Assembly (NCBI GenBank): GCA_964016885.1
Contig: OZ024765.1
Location: 15,066,001-15,130,000, forward strand
DNA: 64,000 nt
From: Eledone cirrhosa
Lineage: Eukaryota
Reading direction: 5' to 3'
The notes beneath the pieces were generated by a model, which saw only the letters and a program-made list of their open reading frames with translations, was not told the origin of the DNA and searched no databases. Positions 1-14,710 of this stretch are shown one piece after another (positions within the stretch are counted from its first letter, which is position 1; each line of letters opens with the position of its first letter). Position numbers and translations under genes: made by a program.

Positions 1-137
1 CTACTATATAACATCTCTCTCACCCCCGCGCTCGCTCTCTCTCTGTCTCTCTATATATATATAATATATATATATATAATATATATAATATATATATAAT
101 ATATATATAATATATAGATATATAATATATATATAAT

Positions 138-192
<55 letters not shown>

Positions 193-363
193 AATATATA
201 TATACTATATATATAATATATATATATATACTATATATATAATATATATATAATATATATATAATATATATATATAATATATATATATAATATATATATA
301 ATATATATATATAATATATATATATAATATATATGTATAATATATATATATATAATATATATG

Positions 364-401
<38 letters not shown>

Positions 402-534
402 CAAAATATTAATAAATGAAATATATTCTCATAACCAAAATATATATTTTATTATACATGTTTCAAAGGTATAATAGTGTTTAAGTTTTCATCAGATAAA
501 ATATATGAGAGATTGGATATGCGCCATATATATA

Positions 535-588
<54 letters not shown>

Positions 589-609
589 GTTATATATATA
601 AATATACAT

Positions 610-681
<72 letters not shown>

Positions 682-1503
682 CATTATATATATAAATATA
701 CATTATATATATATATATACATTATATATATATATATATATAAACATTATATATATATATACATTATATATATATATATATACATATATACATATATATA
801 TATATACATATATATATATACATATATATATATATAATGTATTTATATATATATAAATATATATATATATATACATTATATATATATATATACATTATAT
901 ATATATATACATATATATATATACACATATATATATATATATATAATATAGTCTTCAAATTTATTATTATTACCATAATGTATATATATATATACATTAT
1001 ATATATACACATATATATATATATAATGTATATATAATGTATATATAATGTATATATATAATGTATATGTATATATACGTTATATATATACATGTATATA
1101 TATATTTATATATATATATATATATATATACACTATTATTATATATATGTATGTATATATATACATATATATATATATACATATATATACATATATGTAT
1201 ACACTATTATTATATATATATATGTATGTATATATATACATATATATATATATATACATATATATATACACTATTATTATATATTTATATATATACATAT
1301 GTATATATATATATATATATATACGTTATATATATATATGTATGTATATATATATACACACATATATATATATACACTATATAATGTATATATATATATA
1401 TATACACACACACACATATATATATTATATATATATATACACTATACATATATACACTATATGTATATATACACTATATTAATGTATGTATATATATATA
1501 TAT

Positions 1504-1538
<35 letters not shown>

Positions 1539-1570
1539 GATGTATATATACACCATATATATACATATAT
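1..1570. repeat. (TA)n-rich compound microsatellite field containing one unique island (~397-525)
   Basis: Near-continuous TA/TATACA repeats. The YIYI ORFs here are artefacts. Confidence 0.95.
452..499 (-). ncRNA. Minimal type I hammerhead ribozyme motif (Penelope-like pLTR fragment)
   Basis: Minus strand reads ttat-CTGATGA-aaac..ttt-GAAAC-at-GTA-taat, then AATAAA and a tail shared with the 23509 copy. Flanked by (TA)n. Confidence 0.6.
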
Positions 1571-1716
1571 ACATGAAGTAAAATTAATAATGTCCTATTG
1601 ATTAGTTAATTAACAAAAAACGTGATGTTTACTTAACTCAAAATCACAGACGATCATCTACCTTTTCTTTATTCTATATATCTCTCTTGTTCAATTTTTT
1701 CCCATCTATCTACCTT

Positions 1717-1763
<47 letters not shown>

Positions 1764-1769
1764 GTCTCA

Positions 1770-3871
1770 CGCGTGGAACATCGCCGGTAAGCTTTTTTGT
1801 TAATTTCTATACAAAAAACCGAACTAATTGTTTGAAAAAAACATAACATTTTGTAGTTTAACCCCCAAGCTGAATTGTCAGCTGGGTGGTAATCCCATTT
1901 TTTGCCCCTGTAGGGGCGAACATTTTATTTTAAAAATTGTTTTAAAATATCAGATTTTACAAACTAAATAACTTGAGAAACACAAGAACGCTGGAGAAGG
2001 TCAATAGAGAAAAGAGAGAGAAAGAGGCAGATATTAACGTTATATCTGCTTCTGCTACTATGGACGTCGCCATAGATACGACTGTCAACAAAGAGGAAAA
2101 AATATTACCAATTGAAGATTTTAAAATTTCTACCGTCGAAGCGGAGAAAAATATCAATAACACACAGGAAAACACAGGAATTAAACATACATACACATGA
2201 AAAAGACATCAACAACTCTACAGATACATCTACACATAATGTTTCACCTCGACAAGGAACTGAGATTTCCAACACCGAGGCTAACAACGCTAACAACAAC
2301 AACAACAACAGCAACACCACACAATAAAAAGAAAATGCCTTTCGCTGAAACTGAACAAAAAACAAGATTTTATAAATCTTGATATCTCCAACGCAAGAGA
2401 TATGTTCCAGCAAGGGAGAAAATTTGTAACTTTCGAAGAAAGAGGTGGGTTTAGAATTAACTCACCCCTTGAAATAAAGGAAGATACAATTCGCAGATCA
2501 GTCACCTTTAGGACTGTGTCAAATTCCACAAGAAAGCCGACATTTGTTAGCCAAGCAGATATAGAAGATACTTTCAAGGAAATTCTAGCAAATGTCGATT
2601 TTCTCCAGCGAGGAAAACAGTACGGAAGTGTTTCCGTACTGTTTAAAAGCGAGGCACTCGCCCAAAAACATTCTCTGACACGAATGGTGTCAAAAGCATA
2701 CACCTTTTCCCCTATATACATGGGAAAAAGGACACAAAAAATAAAAATAAAAAACATACCCGCAAAAATTAAAATCTGGTGGATCGTGGCTGGCTTCGTA
2801 GAGCCAGAAACTGATATGATTCTTTCGATACGAAAATCTATTCGACAAAGGTGGGCGGGTACAGATTTGGAGATTATGTTGCAAATGAAACCGGAGAGAA
2901 TCTCCAAAATACCCGAAAGAGTCGTCATCGATAATAACAACAAAATAAACATTTCGGTAGAAGGACGAAAATGTCATTGCTTTCGCTGTGGTAGCACAGC
3001 ACACCTAAAAGCCTCTTGTCCACAAACACACAACAACAACATCATTAAAAAAACACTATTACCAACACCAACACCAAAACAACCACCACAAGTACAACGA
3101 CAGACGAAACGAGCAACCACACCAAAACAAACGGACACTCAACCAACAACAACAGAAAAAAAAACAGAGACAACAACCCTGAAGAAAACAGCCGCAATCC
3201 ATCAAACAATACCACAAACACACACACCCAAACACCACCACCACACAACATACCCCTACCCCCCAAACCTGACGATGATTATTCATCGACGGATGAAGCT
3301 GCTTCTCCTTCTTTCAGAGAAGAAGAGGGAGAACCGCGGCAATTTAAAAAACAAAAAAAGAGACACCATAAAACTACCAAACTCCAATCACCAACACCAA
3401 CACACAACCATAGACACAAACAACAACACAAACAACACCACAGTCAAACATCCCCCAATCAGCAAAACCAGCACCAACACCACCCCAAACACAAGCACCC
3501 ACCATAAAAAGAAAACTCCCGGACGAACAACAAACTAAAACAACACAACAAAAACACAAACAACAATACGCATACATCAACACAAACAACAAGAGTTTGA
3601 TGGAGGTCATCTCCCAAAACCCCAAGATGGAGACGGGTGGAGACGGATGGAGACGGGTGGAGACGGAGGACGAAACTTTCGTCAAGGCAGAATCGTCTCC
3701 ACACCTTAAACTTATAAGGGTTTCTATGGAAACCTATAATGACCTAAAAAATAAATTTTCACAGGACGTGGGCAACCCCTGCCACAAACCCATCACCCGC
3801 GTCCTGTTAAAATGTTTCCCCACCCCACCCAAGACCCCATCCGGCACCCAAATGGAGATTGAACAACCCGG
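1770..3871 (+). mobile_element. Tx1/L1-clade non-LTR retrotransposon 5' part (ORF1 region), degenerate and 3'-truncated
   Basis: Starts after a (TCTA)n tract. Frameshifted ORFs 1973-2382, 2402-3538 and 3597-3929. No ORF2; cut off by the fold-back at 3872. Confidence 0.6.
2402..3538 (+). pseudogene. ORF1p/Gag-like nucleic-acid-binding protein with CCHC zinc knuckle
   Basis: CFRCGSTAHLKASCP (CX2CX4HX4C) follows an RRM-like region and precedes a Thr/Pro/Gln low-complexity tail, as in Tx1/L1 ORF1p. Confidence 0.7.
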
Positions 3872-4264
3872 AAATGGAAAGTATATTTATAAAACCAGAT
3901 TTATTTTATTATATATATTTCAAGGGTAACCAAGACAACATTGGTACGCTTTCATCAGATAAAATACAAAGTTTGTTTCATAAATAGAGACATATCTATG
4001 AAAATCATACCTTATCGGTTGGAAATTCACTATCTATGTCTCTATTTATAAAACAAACTTTGTATTTTATCTGATGAAAGCGCACCAATGTTGTCTTGGT
4101 TGCCTTTAAAATATATATATAATAAAATAAATCTGGTTTTATAAATATAGTTTCCATTCATTTAATATCATTGAATATTTACTTCAGTAAATTGTTGAGT
4201 GCTCTAAATCAGTTATAAACATTTATGTTTGTCAGACTTCCAACAAATTAAATACAACTTCTAC
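3872..4264. mobile_element. Fold-back Penelope-like pLTR pair with two hammerhead motifs
   Basis: Inverted arms ~3872-3992 and ~4036-4159. Minus motif at 3918-3958 is CTGATGA..GAAA. Plus motif CTGATGA at 4071 has GAAA decayed. The tail runs into (TA)n. Confidence 0.75.
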
Positions 4265-4265
4265 T

Positions 4266-4297
<32 letters not shown>

Positions 4298-4346
4298 CGT
4301 ACATACCTTTATATATATATATTTTTAAATATATATACACACACAC

Positions 4347-4393
<47 letters not shown>

Positions 4394-4956
4394 TTATACA
4401 TACATATATACGTACATATATACATACATATACTTATATGTACATATATATACATACATATACTTATATATACATACATATACATACATATATACATACA
4501 TACACGCATATATACATACATATACTTATATATACATATATATACATACATATATACATACATACACTTATATATACATATATATATATACATACATATA
4601 TACATACACGCGTATATACATACACATATACATACATACACTTATATATACATATATATATATACATACATGCGTATATACATACATATATCCATACATA
4701 TACTTATATATAAATACATATATATATGTATGTGTGTGAGCTCACCTGCCTCTACTTATCTACCTGTCTGTTACACAGGATGATATATCTACTTATATAT
4801 CTCACACAAGTTCAATTACCGTATGCCTGTCTACAAGCAATCCGTCTCTCGGTACATACCCAACAACCCACCCCAGACCCCCACCCTCACCGCTTCTGTC
4901 TTCACATCACATCTTTAACTCTCTTCTCTCTAAATATATACTTTCCTACCATCATA

Positions 4957-5046
<90 letters not shown>

Positions 5047-5059
5047 TATATATATATAT

Positions 5060-5126
<67 letters not shown>

Positions 5127-5135
5127 TATATATAT

Positions 5136-5493
5136 CGTGGCTGCCAACTCGTTTCCGAGTACGGCCACTACTTTATATGCATGTAGGAGAACCCCCACCA
5201 ATGCGCTGAACGAGTGTGACTTTTTAGTTCAGCCAGCGACTTGAAAACTCTGGTACAAACACTACACTTGTGACAATTATTGACACATAGTGCTGGGCCC
5301 ATGGTACCATGTGACGACAAGTGCAGAGAGATCTCCAGATATAAAGCAATGCCTGTGCCGTGAAGCTTTTATAGTGAGCAAAGGCACTGCACAAAGCCAG
5401 TGCCACTCTCTTAACCAAGATGATATTTACCAAAAAGAAGTACAAGTCAACATCATTGGATACCATCAGGGTTGCAGGTGTTATATCAGAGTT
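5136..5493 (-). mobile_element. Partial copy of the non-autonomous retroelement at 23651-24243
   Basis: Near-identical reverse complement of 23886-24240, with the same (TA)n-abutting end ...cgagttggcagccac. Confidence 0.85.
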
Positions 5494-5636
5494 TGACGCA
5501 TAGAGTTATGACACTTTCCATTCTGAATTCAAATCCCGCCGAGGTTAACTTTGCCTTTCATCCTTACGGGGTCGATAAAATAAAGTAGCAGTAATGTACT
5601 GGGTAATTGCTGGCCTTGTGCCAAAAGTAGAAACAG

Positions 5637-5640
<4 letters not shown>
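5494..5640 (+). mobile_element. tRNA-derived SINE with Meta-type central domain, 5'-truncated
   Basis: B-box-like ttcaaatccc followed by ctttgcctttcatccttacggggtcgataaaataaagta. Many copies in the window. Confidence 0.8.
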
Positions 5641-5683
<43 letters not shown>

Positions 5684-6121
5684 TATATATATATGAATAT
5701 ATATATATAAATATATACACACACAGTCACTAAACTATAGCAATACTTGACGCCATTTTTCTCACATAACATCTGCTCCCAGTAACCCATAACCCCCCCC
5801 CCCCTCTCCCTCTACCTTACTCCTACTTCTACTCATACATTTCATATACAGATCAGTCGAGAATCCCAAACTATATATCTCTCTATCAATTATCCACTGC
5901 TACTCTTTCTCTCCCCTCCTCTCTCTCTCTCTCTCTCTCTCTCTACCTCTCTCTCTCTCTCCCAACGTACATCTGTATATCATTCTATCTACTCCTGTGC
6001 TTCCTCTTCCTCTCGCCCTCTCTCTCTCTATACATATATCCTCTTCTTTCTCTCTATCTCTCTCTGTATATATAAATACCCCCTTCTTTCTCTCTCTCTC
6101 TATATATCTATATCCCCTTTT

Positions 6122-6158
<37 letters not shown>

Positions 6159-6289
6159 GTACAGCTGACCCCTTTTTTCTATCTCTCCCCCTCTCTCTAT
6201 ATATATCCCCTTTTTCTCTCTCTCTCTCTCTCCCTCTCTCTCTATATATACATATCCCCTTCTTTCTTTCTCTCTCTCTCTATATATAT

Positions 6290-6403
6290 ATTTATTAAAA
6301 TAACAGATTAAAGTTTTCACCCTTAACGGGATTTCAGAAGATCCCGTTAAGGGTGAAAGCAGCGATTCTGTGCTTAAACTTTAATCTGTTATTTTAATAA
6401 ATA
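6290..6403. repeat. Short fold-back palindrome with a degenerate hammerhead-like core
   Basis: ttattaaaataacagattaaagttt pairs with aaactttaatctgttattttaataa. Inner palindrome contains cAGAAGA-tccc-gttaa-gggt-GAAA. Confidence 0.55.
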
Positions 6404-6416
6404 TTTGCTCTACAGT

Positions 6417-6473
<57 letters not shown>

Positions 6474-6689
6474 TCCTTCTTTCCCTCTTTCTCTCCATCT
6501 CCCCCGACCCCTCTCTTTGTCTGCATCCATTTCTTCCTTGATGTTCTACATTGCCACCAGTACCGCCATTTTCCTCTAAACAGTCAGGAATTTCGGAAGG
6601 ATTAACAAGGAGAACGGCAACCATTCCGTTCAAGACACATTTGGCGCCTCATATTACAGAGCACGAACCGCTTATATTTGTTTAATATA

Positions 6690-6724
<35 letters not shown>

Positions 6725-6797
6725 GTACAGTCTACATATGTATATATACATACAAACATATATACATACAAACATACATACATATATACATACATAC

Positions 6798-6829
<32 letters not shown>

Positions 6830-6882
6830 ACATACATACATATATACATGAATACCTATATATATATATATATATATATATA

Positions 6883-7085
6883 TAGGAACCAGTAAGACCC
6901 CGACAGCTGAGCTCAAGCCGTTTCGACGGCTAATTCTGGACTAATTCAGTCCAGAATTAGCCGTCGAAACGGCTTGAGCTCAGCTGTCGGGGTCTTACTG
7001 GTTCCTATTACCCACTCTACTACCTCAAGTATTGAGTACTTTGGTGCGTTATGGTCCACCTGGTTCCTTACCACATTTCCTTCGT

Positions 7086-7086
<1 letters not shown>
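6883..7086 (+). mobile_element. ~200-bp fold-back element in (TA)n, copy 1
   Basis: Perfect 60-bp inverted arms (6883-6942 and 6948-7007) plus an ~80-bp unique tail. (TA)n on both sides. Confidence 0.9.
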
Positions 7087-7117
<31 letters not shown>

Positions 7118-7674
7118 GAAATTACATGAATCAAAGTTCTGTTCAAATCATTTATTCGCTTACAATTGTTTCTTCCATATATTAACCTACATATATATAT
7201 ATTCATACATGACTTACATATACATATGTGCATATATATATATATATATATATGTGTATACATTTATATATACATATATTACCCACCCACATACACACAC
7301 ACACACACATATATATATGGTTAAATTCAAAATATCGATTTCATACCTTGGCTCAAAGTCACAAACCTAGATGTATTAAATTGGTGTTGGTGGGTGTAGC
7401 TGTGTGGGGGGAGGGTCTGTTGTTGTTGTTAGTGGTGGGGGTGGTGTTGATGGTAATATTGTTTGTTGTGTTGTTAATGATGCTGTTGTTGGTTGTATTG
7501 TTGGTGACGTGGCTGCTTGTGTTTAAATGGTTGTTTTGTTGTTGGTGGTGGTGATGGTTTTGATGGTGGCCATGATGATGATCATGTTGACTTTGTGTTG
7601 CTGGTTTTGTTGTTCTTTTTGGTGTAGATGGTAGTTCTTTTGATGTTGTGGCTGTATTATATACCACATTTCCG

Positions 7675-8152
7675 GCATAATATATCTAAGAGTACATTTC
7701 ATATAATGTCCATCATATTATATCTAAGACTACATTTCACAAAATTTGCGCCATAGTGTATATAAGACTACATCTCACAACATGTCAGACATAGTACAAC
7801 TAAGACTACATTTCACAACATGTCCGCCATAGTGTATCTAAGACTATATTTCACAACATATTCGCCATAATGTATCTAAGACTACACTTCACAAAATATC
7901 TGCCATAGTGTATCTAAGACTACAATTCACAAAATGTCATAGTTTATCTAAGACTACATTTCACAAAATGTCATAGTTTATCTAAGACAACATTTCACAA
8001 AATGTCCTTCATAGTGTATCTAAGACTACATTTCACAACATGTCCGCCATAATGTATCTAAGACTACATTTCACATTTCCGCATGTCCGCCATAGTATAT
8101 CTAAGACAACATTTCACTAAATATCCAACATATTGTATTTAAGACTACATTC
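7675..8152. repeat. ~38-bp minisatellite, ~12 copies
   Basis: Unit catagtgtatctaagactacatttcacaacatgtccgc. Confidence 0.9.
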
Positions 8153-8389
8153 CATACAGTGTCTTCCTTCACTCTTTGTTTATAAGTCGGAAAGGAGGGA
8201 TTTAGTTGTTATTTTTACAAGTGGGAGAGGTCACGTATGGACTCAACGTTTGGCTCACATTCGCTGTATAGAGCATAATCATTGATTCTCCATGGTTACT
8301 TGGGTGAATCGATCCTTTCGAACTATTCCACGAATACCGGTTAGTCATATAACAGCAATTAGGCAGATCTTCCCACAATCACCGACACA

Positions 8390-8646
8390 TTTATCTACCT
8401 ATCTAAGGCGACTAACATTCCCGAGATCCATGGACGAGTTCTCTGTCTCTCATCATCGCTGCCATGTCCTGCATCTCCAAGAGACCAGTGTCTGTCCTTA
8501 GGGTATCAACATATGTTAACCTCGGTCTCCCTCTTCTCGTGTGTCCATGCAGGGGCTCCTAGAGGATCACTGAGTGTAGTGTCAACCCTGGATGTCGTTG
8601 AGCATGTCGAGAAAACCTCAATCTCCTCTGTGTCACTTTGGAGCTG

Positions 8647-8690
<44 letters not shown>

Positions 8691-8830
8691 ATCCGTGGTC
8701 TCCCTTTTCTAGTGTGTCCATGCAGGGGCTCCTACAGGATCACTGAGTGTAGTCTCAACTCTGGTTGTCGGTGAGCATGTCCAGCTAACCTCAGTCTCCT
8801 CTGTGGTACTTTGAGTTGACTTTTATACTC
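8390..8830 (-). mobile_element. Two degenerate 3' fragments of the RTE-group LINE seen at 56198-56653
   Basis: Reverse complement matches 56400-56655 (ctcgtccatggatctcgggaa, gagcccctgcatggacac). The fragments are separated by (TA)n. Confidence 0.8.
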
Positions 8831-9146
8831 TTCAAACTGCTTTCGTGTTAGGGGTATCTTCAGGAGTGTGGCCCTACTCTCCATGCCTGGCCAATTGCGG
8901 CTTAGTAAGGCTCTTTAACCAATAGATGGTGTGTGTGTGTGTGTATGTGTAAGTGTGTGTCTGTGTAGAAATACGTAGATGAAAGATGAAGGATATCGGC
9001 GCTCAATCTTTGCAAGAGAGCTTATTTAGTATAAGTTCATTCGGTTAACATATGACCCCTACAAGAGAAAGTGGTGGCCATAAATGGACCGCGAAACCAA
9101 TGGTCGCACATACATGGCAAGCGCATGGAACTTTGTCTATATATAC

Positions 9147-9224
<78 letters not shown>

Positions 9225-9297
9225 TAAGTGGAAACGAACGAAGGAAAATGTGCAATAAAAATGTATATATATATATATATATATATACGATATTAAA

Positions 9298-9428
9298 CAA
9301 ATGGAAACTATATTTATATTTATAAAACCATATTTATTTCGTTATATATATTTCTGGGATATCATATTAAAAATATGTTATGCCTTCCTCAGACAAAATA
9401 CAATACATAAGCTGCTTTATAAATAATT
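9298..9428 (-). mobile_element. Penelope-like pLTR fragment with degenerate hammerhead (same family as 3872 and 57332)
   Basis: Minus CTGAGGA (9386-9392) to GAAA (9351-9354), then ggttttataaata..gtttccatt. The matching family tail lies on the plus strand at ~9945-10024. Confidence 0.6.
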
Positions 9429-10020
9429 AGTGACATACCTGGTGATAATGCAACTTCCTTTTAAAAAGTTGATTTGGTAGTGAAACTGTTATGACAGTTA
9501 TATAGAAAGAAAACGAAGATGAGAAGAAGAAGATGAAGAGATGTATGCAAATAAAAAAAAAAGAAGATGATGAAGAGATGTATGCAAAGAAAAACAACGG
9601 AGCGAGATAGAGAGACAAGGAGAGAGACACATATCCATAATGTGTGAAGAAAAAAACATAGTAGGCTGCTTTTTGACAGATGATCATCGTATATGTGAGA
9701 GGTTAAGGGAAGGGATACAGTTAAACTAGTGTATAGGAGAAAAAGAAAGAGAGATGATATATTTAAAATATATTAAAAATATATTATGTCTCATCCATTT
9801 GAATTATCAATTTTTATGAATTAGGTATTATAATGTAAATATCAGTAATCATGAATGAGACACATATCCATAATGTGTGAAAAGAAATGACCACATGCTC
9901 AGTTAAAAATTCTTAGGTCTTTGTTTAATATCGTAAACCTACTCCAGAAACTGTTGAGTGCTTTTATATCAGTTATAAAATATTTACTCGTTGTAACCCA
10001 ACAATCTTAAATAAAACTTT

Positions 10021-10085
<65 letters not shown>

Positions 10086-10134
10086 AAATTCAGGAACCTG
10101 ACGATTGATCTGTCGTTTCAACAGCTAGATTCGA

Positions 10135-10188
<54 letters not shown>

Positions 10189-10277
10189 TCATACATTTAT
10201 TTACACATGCAGTATGCATTTATATATAAATGCATACTGCAAACGATACTTTAAGTATATACATATATATTCACATT

Positions 10278-10327
<50 letters not shown>

Positions 10328-10484
10328 TGCATATTAATATTGAGCAGAATTCTAATCTTATTAAGAACTTTTCTCAGATATTTAAATATTTAATCTAAAA
10401 TGGAGATATTCCGCCTGGAAACCTTTCTTCTCTGATTAATTACTATTTACACATATAATGCGATAAAATAATTCTTCTCCATTG

Positions 10485-11650
10485 CAACTTAGCTGTGTCA
10501 ATTGCTTTCTCTCTACATTCGTGCAACCTATAATTCCTCGGCTCAGCGGGGAGAATACTGCGGCTCAGCGAGGAGTTTACTGTTTAATTCCTCAGAACAG
10601 CGGTTCAAGGTCGGATTTAATGATAAGGGTTGGGCGACTCATATACACATGCAACCTATACTTTATTGGTACTGTGGCTCAGGGTCGGATTTATATACCA
10701 GGGCGGTGGGGCGGTCCCTTTAGCTATGGGAGGCCCCTCGTACACAAAAAATTACAATACACAGCACCCCCTCTCCTCACTTTTATATATCAATGTCGGC
10801 TAGCGCAAGCAATTGTCAATTGCTTTCTCTCTATACTCATACAACCTATAATTCCTTGATAGTGCGGCTCAGGACCGGATTTAGAGATAAGGGTGGGGTT
10901 GACTGAAATACTCAGGCTAACTACAATAAAATTGATACTGTGGCTCAGGGCCGTATTTAGATAGGGTGGGGGTGACACAAATACCCATGCGACCTATATT
11001 TTCTGGGTACTGCAGCTGAGAGCCGGGTTTAGATATCAAGGTGGGGTGACTCAAATGTTCGTGCAACCTATATTTTCTCGCTACAACGGCTCAGGGCCGG
11101 GTTTAGAGATAAGGTTGGGGTGATTCAAATACTCATGCAACCCATATTTTCTTGGTACTGCAGCTCAAGGCCGGATTTAGATATCAGGGTGTCAGGGTGG
11201 GGTGACTCATATACACATGTAACCTATATTTTCTTGGCGCTGAAGCTCAGGACAGGATTTAGATATTAGGGTGGGGTGACTCAAATACTCATGCAACCTA
11301 TACTTCCTCGGTACTGCGGCTCAGCGATGGATTTAAAGATCAGGGTGGCGTGACTCAAATACTCATGCAACCTACCCTCTACCCTCTCTCGTCACTGAGG
11401 CTGAGGGCCAGATTTGGAGATCAGGGTGTCAGGTTGGGGAGACTCATTTACTCATGCAACCTATATATTCTCGGTACTGAAGCTGACGGCCGGATTTAGA
11501 GATAAGGGTGGGGCGGCTCAGGACCGGATTTACAGATGAGGGTGGAGAGGGCACTTCAAGAATGGGAGGCCCTAATTCACAAAAAATAGAATACACATCA
11601 CTCCACCCCACCCCTTTCCGATTTTATATATCAAAGCAGGCTAGCGCAAG
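10485..11650. repeat. Degenerate ~73-bp tandem repeat built on cagggccggatttaga (DNA-transposon-terminus-like)
   Basis: Recurring gcaacctatattttctcggtactgcggctcagggccggatttagagataagggtggggtgactc. The flanking block at 10680-10810 recurs at 11515-11650. Confidence 0.75.
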
Positions 11651-12041
11651 TTAGAATTGAAAAGTTAAACATACCAATAATAAATCTAAAGAAAACAAAA
11701 ACAAAACAAACCATCCTCGATTTATATCCACTTTCCACAGTGAATATGTATTGGATAGGTTGTCACAGTCCAAGACCAGGCATGTCGGAGCGACCTCATC
11801 TTGCTGGTACATTATATATTAGACATGGTTTCTATGGCTTGCGATACCAGCACAATCACTTATAAAGCAACAACAAATACTTTTTAGTAGAATATTGTTA
11901 TGATAAAAATCTGATGTCTCTAAAGTTGAGAAAATGTGATGAATTTTGCCACAGTAAATACATTAAATATTTTTTATTAATGAATTGGCATAAGTATCTA
12001 ACTATCTAACCACTCTTAGGCGCGACTCTACATATGGACAC

Positions 12042-12129
12042 ATATCTGAGGAGCTTCCGATTCCAGAGTCAGGATCGATCAATAATTGATCGTTCCTCGA
12101 TCTGATCGGCAATGAAACATGTGTAATAT
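12042..12129 (+). ncRNA. Hammerhead motif with extended stem II
   Basis: atat-CTGAGGA-[~60-nt hairpin: ccgat/atcgg, caga/tctg, agga/tcct, cgatcaat/attgatcg]-GAAAC-atgt-GTA-atat. Confidence 0.7.
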
Positions 12130-12359
12130 TTAATCAAATATAATATGTGAAACATTGAATCTTTGTTCCCATATATATATATATAATAGTAATATTAATG
12201 AGAGTAAATTTTACTCATTTACTAGAAAATTTCCAAATACCAAGTTGATAAATAATATAATTTGCTGTCTGTGATATATTACTGTGAGAGGAAACAAGTG
12301 TCAGTGATTAAATGCTTGGAAATGTTGGTGTATAAGCAAATCGTAACTAACTCTCTCTG

Positions 12360-12488
<129 letters not shown>

Positions 12489-12496
12489 AATATATG

Positions 12497-12648
<152 letters not shown>

Positions 12649-12649
12649 G

Positions 12650-12698
<49 letters not shown>

Positions 12699-12711
12699 AT
12701 ATTTATATATA

Positions 12712-12781
<70 letters not shown>

Positions 12782-12801
12782 TATGTATATATATATATAT
12801 A

Positions 12802-12846
<45 letters not shown>

Positions 12847-12848
12847 GT

Positions 12849-13020
12849 AAAAGGTAAACAGATATAACAACACAATCGGTACAGTATACGGAAGGAATAT
12901 ATTAGGTTAACGCTTGAAATAGAAGGAAGAGGGTCTTAACGTTTCGGACGCTATTCTTTCATCAGAAGATAGAATGAGAAATAAGATAGATTGAGGGGAC
13001 GGGCGGGTGGAATTGGAAAA
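12849..13020 (-). mobile_element. Penelope-like pLTR fragment with minimal hammerhead (12934-12969)
   Basis: Minus tctt-CTGATGA-aagaatagcgtcc-GAAACGTT-aaga. Second copy at 61971-62140. Confidence 0.75.
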
Positions 13021-13567
13021 AAAAATCTTTATATATATATAGATAATTCGAAGAAGAATAAGAATAAGAATAAGGAGAAGAACAAAAAGAAAAAGAAAAA
13101 GAAAAAAAGAAAAAAGAAAAAAGAAAAAAAGAAAAAGAAAAAGAAAAAAGAAAAAGAAGAACAAGAACGAAGTAGAAGAAGAAGAAAAAGAAGAAAAAGA
13201 AGAAGAAAAAGAAAAAAAAGAAGAAGAAGAAGAAGAAGAAGAAGAAGAAGAAGAAGAAGAAGAAGAAGAAGAAGAAGAAGGAGGAGGCAAAAGAGGCAAA
13301 GAAGGCAAAGAAGAAGAAGAGGAAAAAGTAGAAGAAGAAGGCAAACAAGAAAAAGGAGAAGGAGGCAAACAAGAAAAAGGAGAAGGAGGCAAACAAGAAA
13401 AAGAACAAGGAGGAAAAGCAGAGGAAGGCAGAGAAGAAGCCATCTGTCATTCAGAAAATAATGTAGTTATAATATGAAACAATAAGAAAACTAAAAAAAG
13501 AAGAAAATTCATTTATGTTGTAATAAACGTGGAGTAAAGTGTAACTTGAGGATATAGCTATATTTAC

Positions 13568-13611
<44 letters not shown>

Positions 13612-13645
13612 ATGTAGGTATATATATATATCATATATACACACT

Positions 13646-13677
<32 letters not shown>

Positions 13678-13746
13678 GACACATATATATATATATATAT
13701 ATACATACACATATATATATATATATACATACATATATATATATAT

Positions 13747-13817
<71 letters not shown>

Positions 13818-13928
13818 CATATATATATATACATACATATATATATATATATACATACATATATATATATATATGTATTTATACATATATATATATACAT
13901 ATATATACATATATACATACATATATAT

Positions 13929-13977
<49 letters not shown>

Positions 13978-13982
13978 TATAC

Positions 13983-14013
<31 letters not shown>

Positions 14014-14509
14014 CATATATATATGTATACATATATATATACATGATACATACACCTACATTTATAGATATATGCGTGATATATATATACATATATGTGA
14101 CATATACACCTATATATCTACATATATATTGGCATATAGACACATAAATGAACATACACTCATATATGAATATATGTAAATATACACACGTATATACACA
14201 CACACATATATTCACACACACATATATACATACATATACACACATAAATGAACATACACTCATATATGAATATATGTAAATATACACACGTATATACACA
14301 CACACATATATTCACACACACATATATACATACATATACACACATAAATGAACATACACTCATATATGAATATATCTAAATATACACACGTATGTACACT
14401 CACACTTATATTCACACACACACACATATATACATACATATACACACATAAATGAACATACACTCATATACACACAGAGACAAAGGCGCACACACACACT
14501 AGCGCATTC

Positions 14510-14710
14510 TCTAAAGACGAAGTGAGGTTGCCACGATAAAATGCACCCAGGACACTCTGTAAAACGTTTGGCGTTAGGGGGAGCCTTTAGTGTAGCAACC
14601 TTGCTAAAACCGAAAGTATGACCACGGGTAAGGTGTGGTCAACTCACATGTTTAACAACCCGTCTTAAACATACCAGTATGGGAAAAAAGGGACATAAAA
14701 CGATGATGAT
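14510..14710 (+). mobile_element. SINE 3' region ending in (GAT)n
   Basis: gccacgataaaatgcacccag..ggcgttagg..aaacgatgatgat. Homologous to the minus-strand copy at 24292-24450. Confidence 0.6.

Noticed and set aside
7330-7667. Thr/His/Asn-rich minus-strand ORF resembling the Tx1 ORF1 linker
   Set aside because: The similarity is compositional only, with no diagnostic motif.
10085-10136. CTGACGA as a plus-strand hammerhead core
   Set aside because: There is no downstream GAAA. It is better read as a minus-strand fragment (tctagctgttGAAAC) related to the 21698 element.
10207-10242. Small palindrome tgcagtatgcatttatatataaatgcatactgca
   Set aside because: It is short and centred on a TA tract, probably a local fold-back repair scar, and there is no evidence of function.
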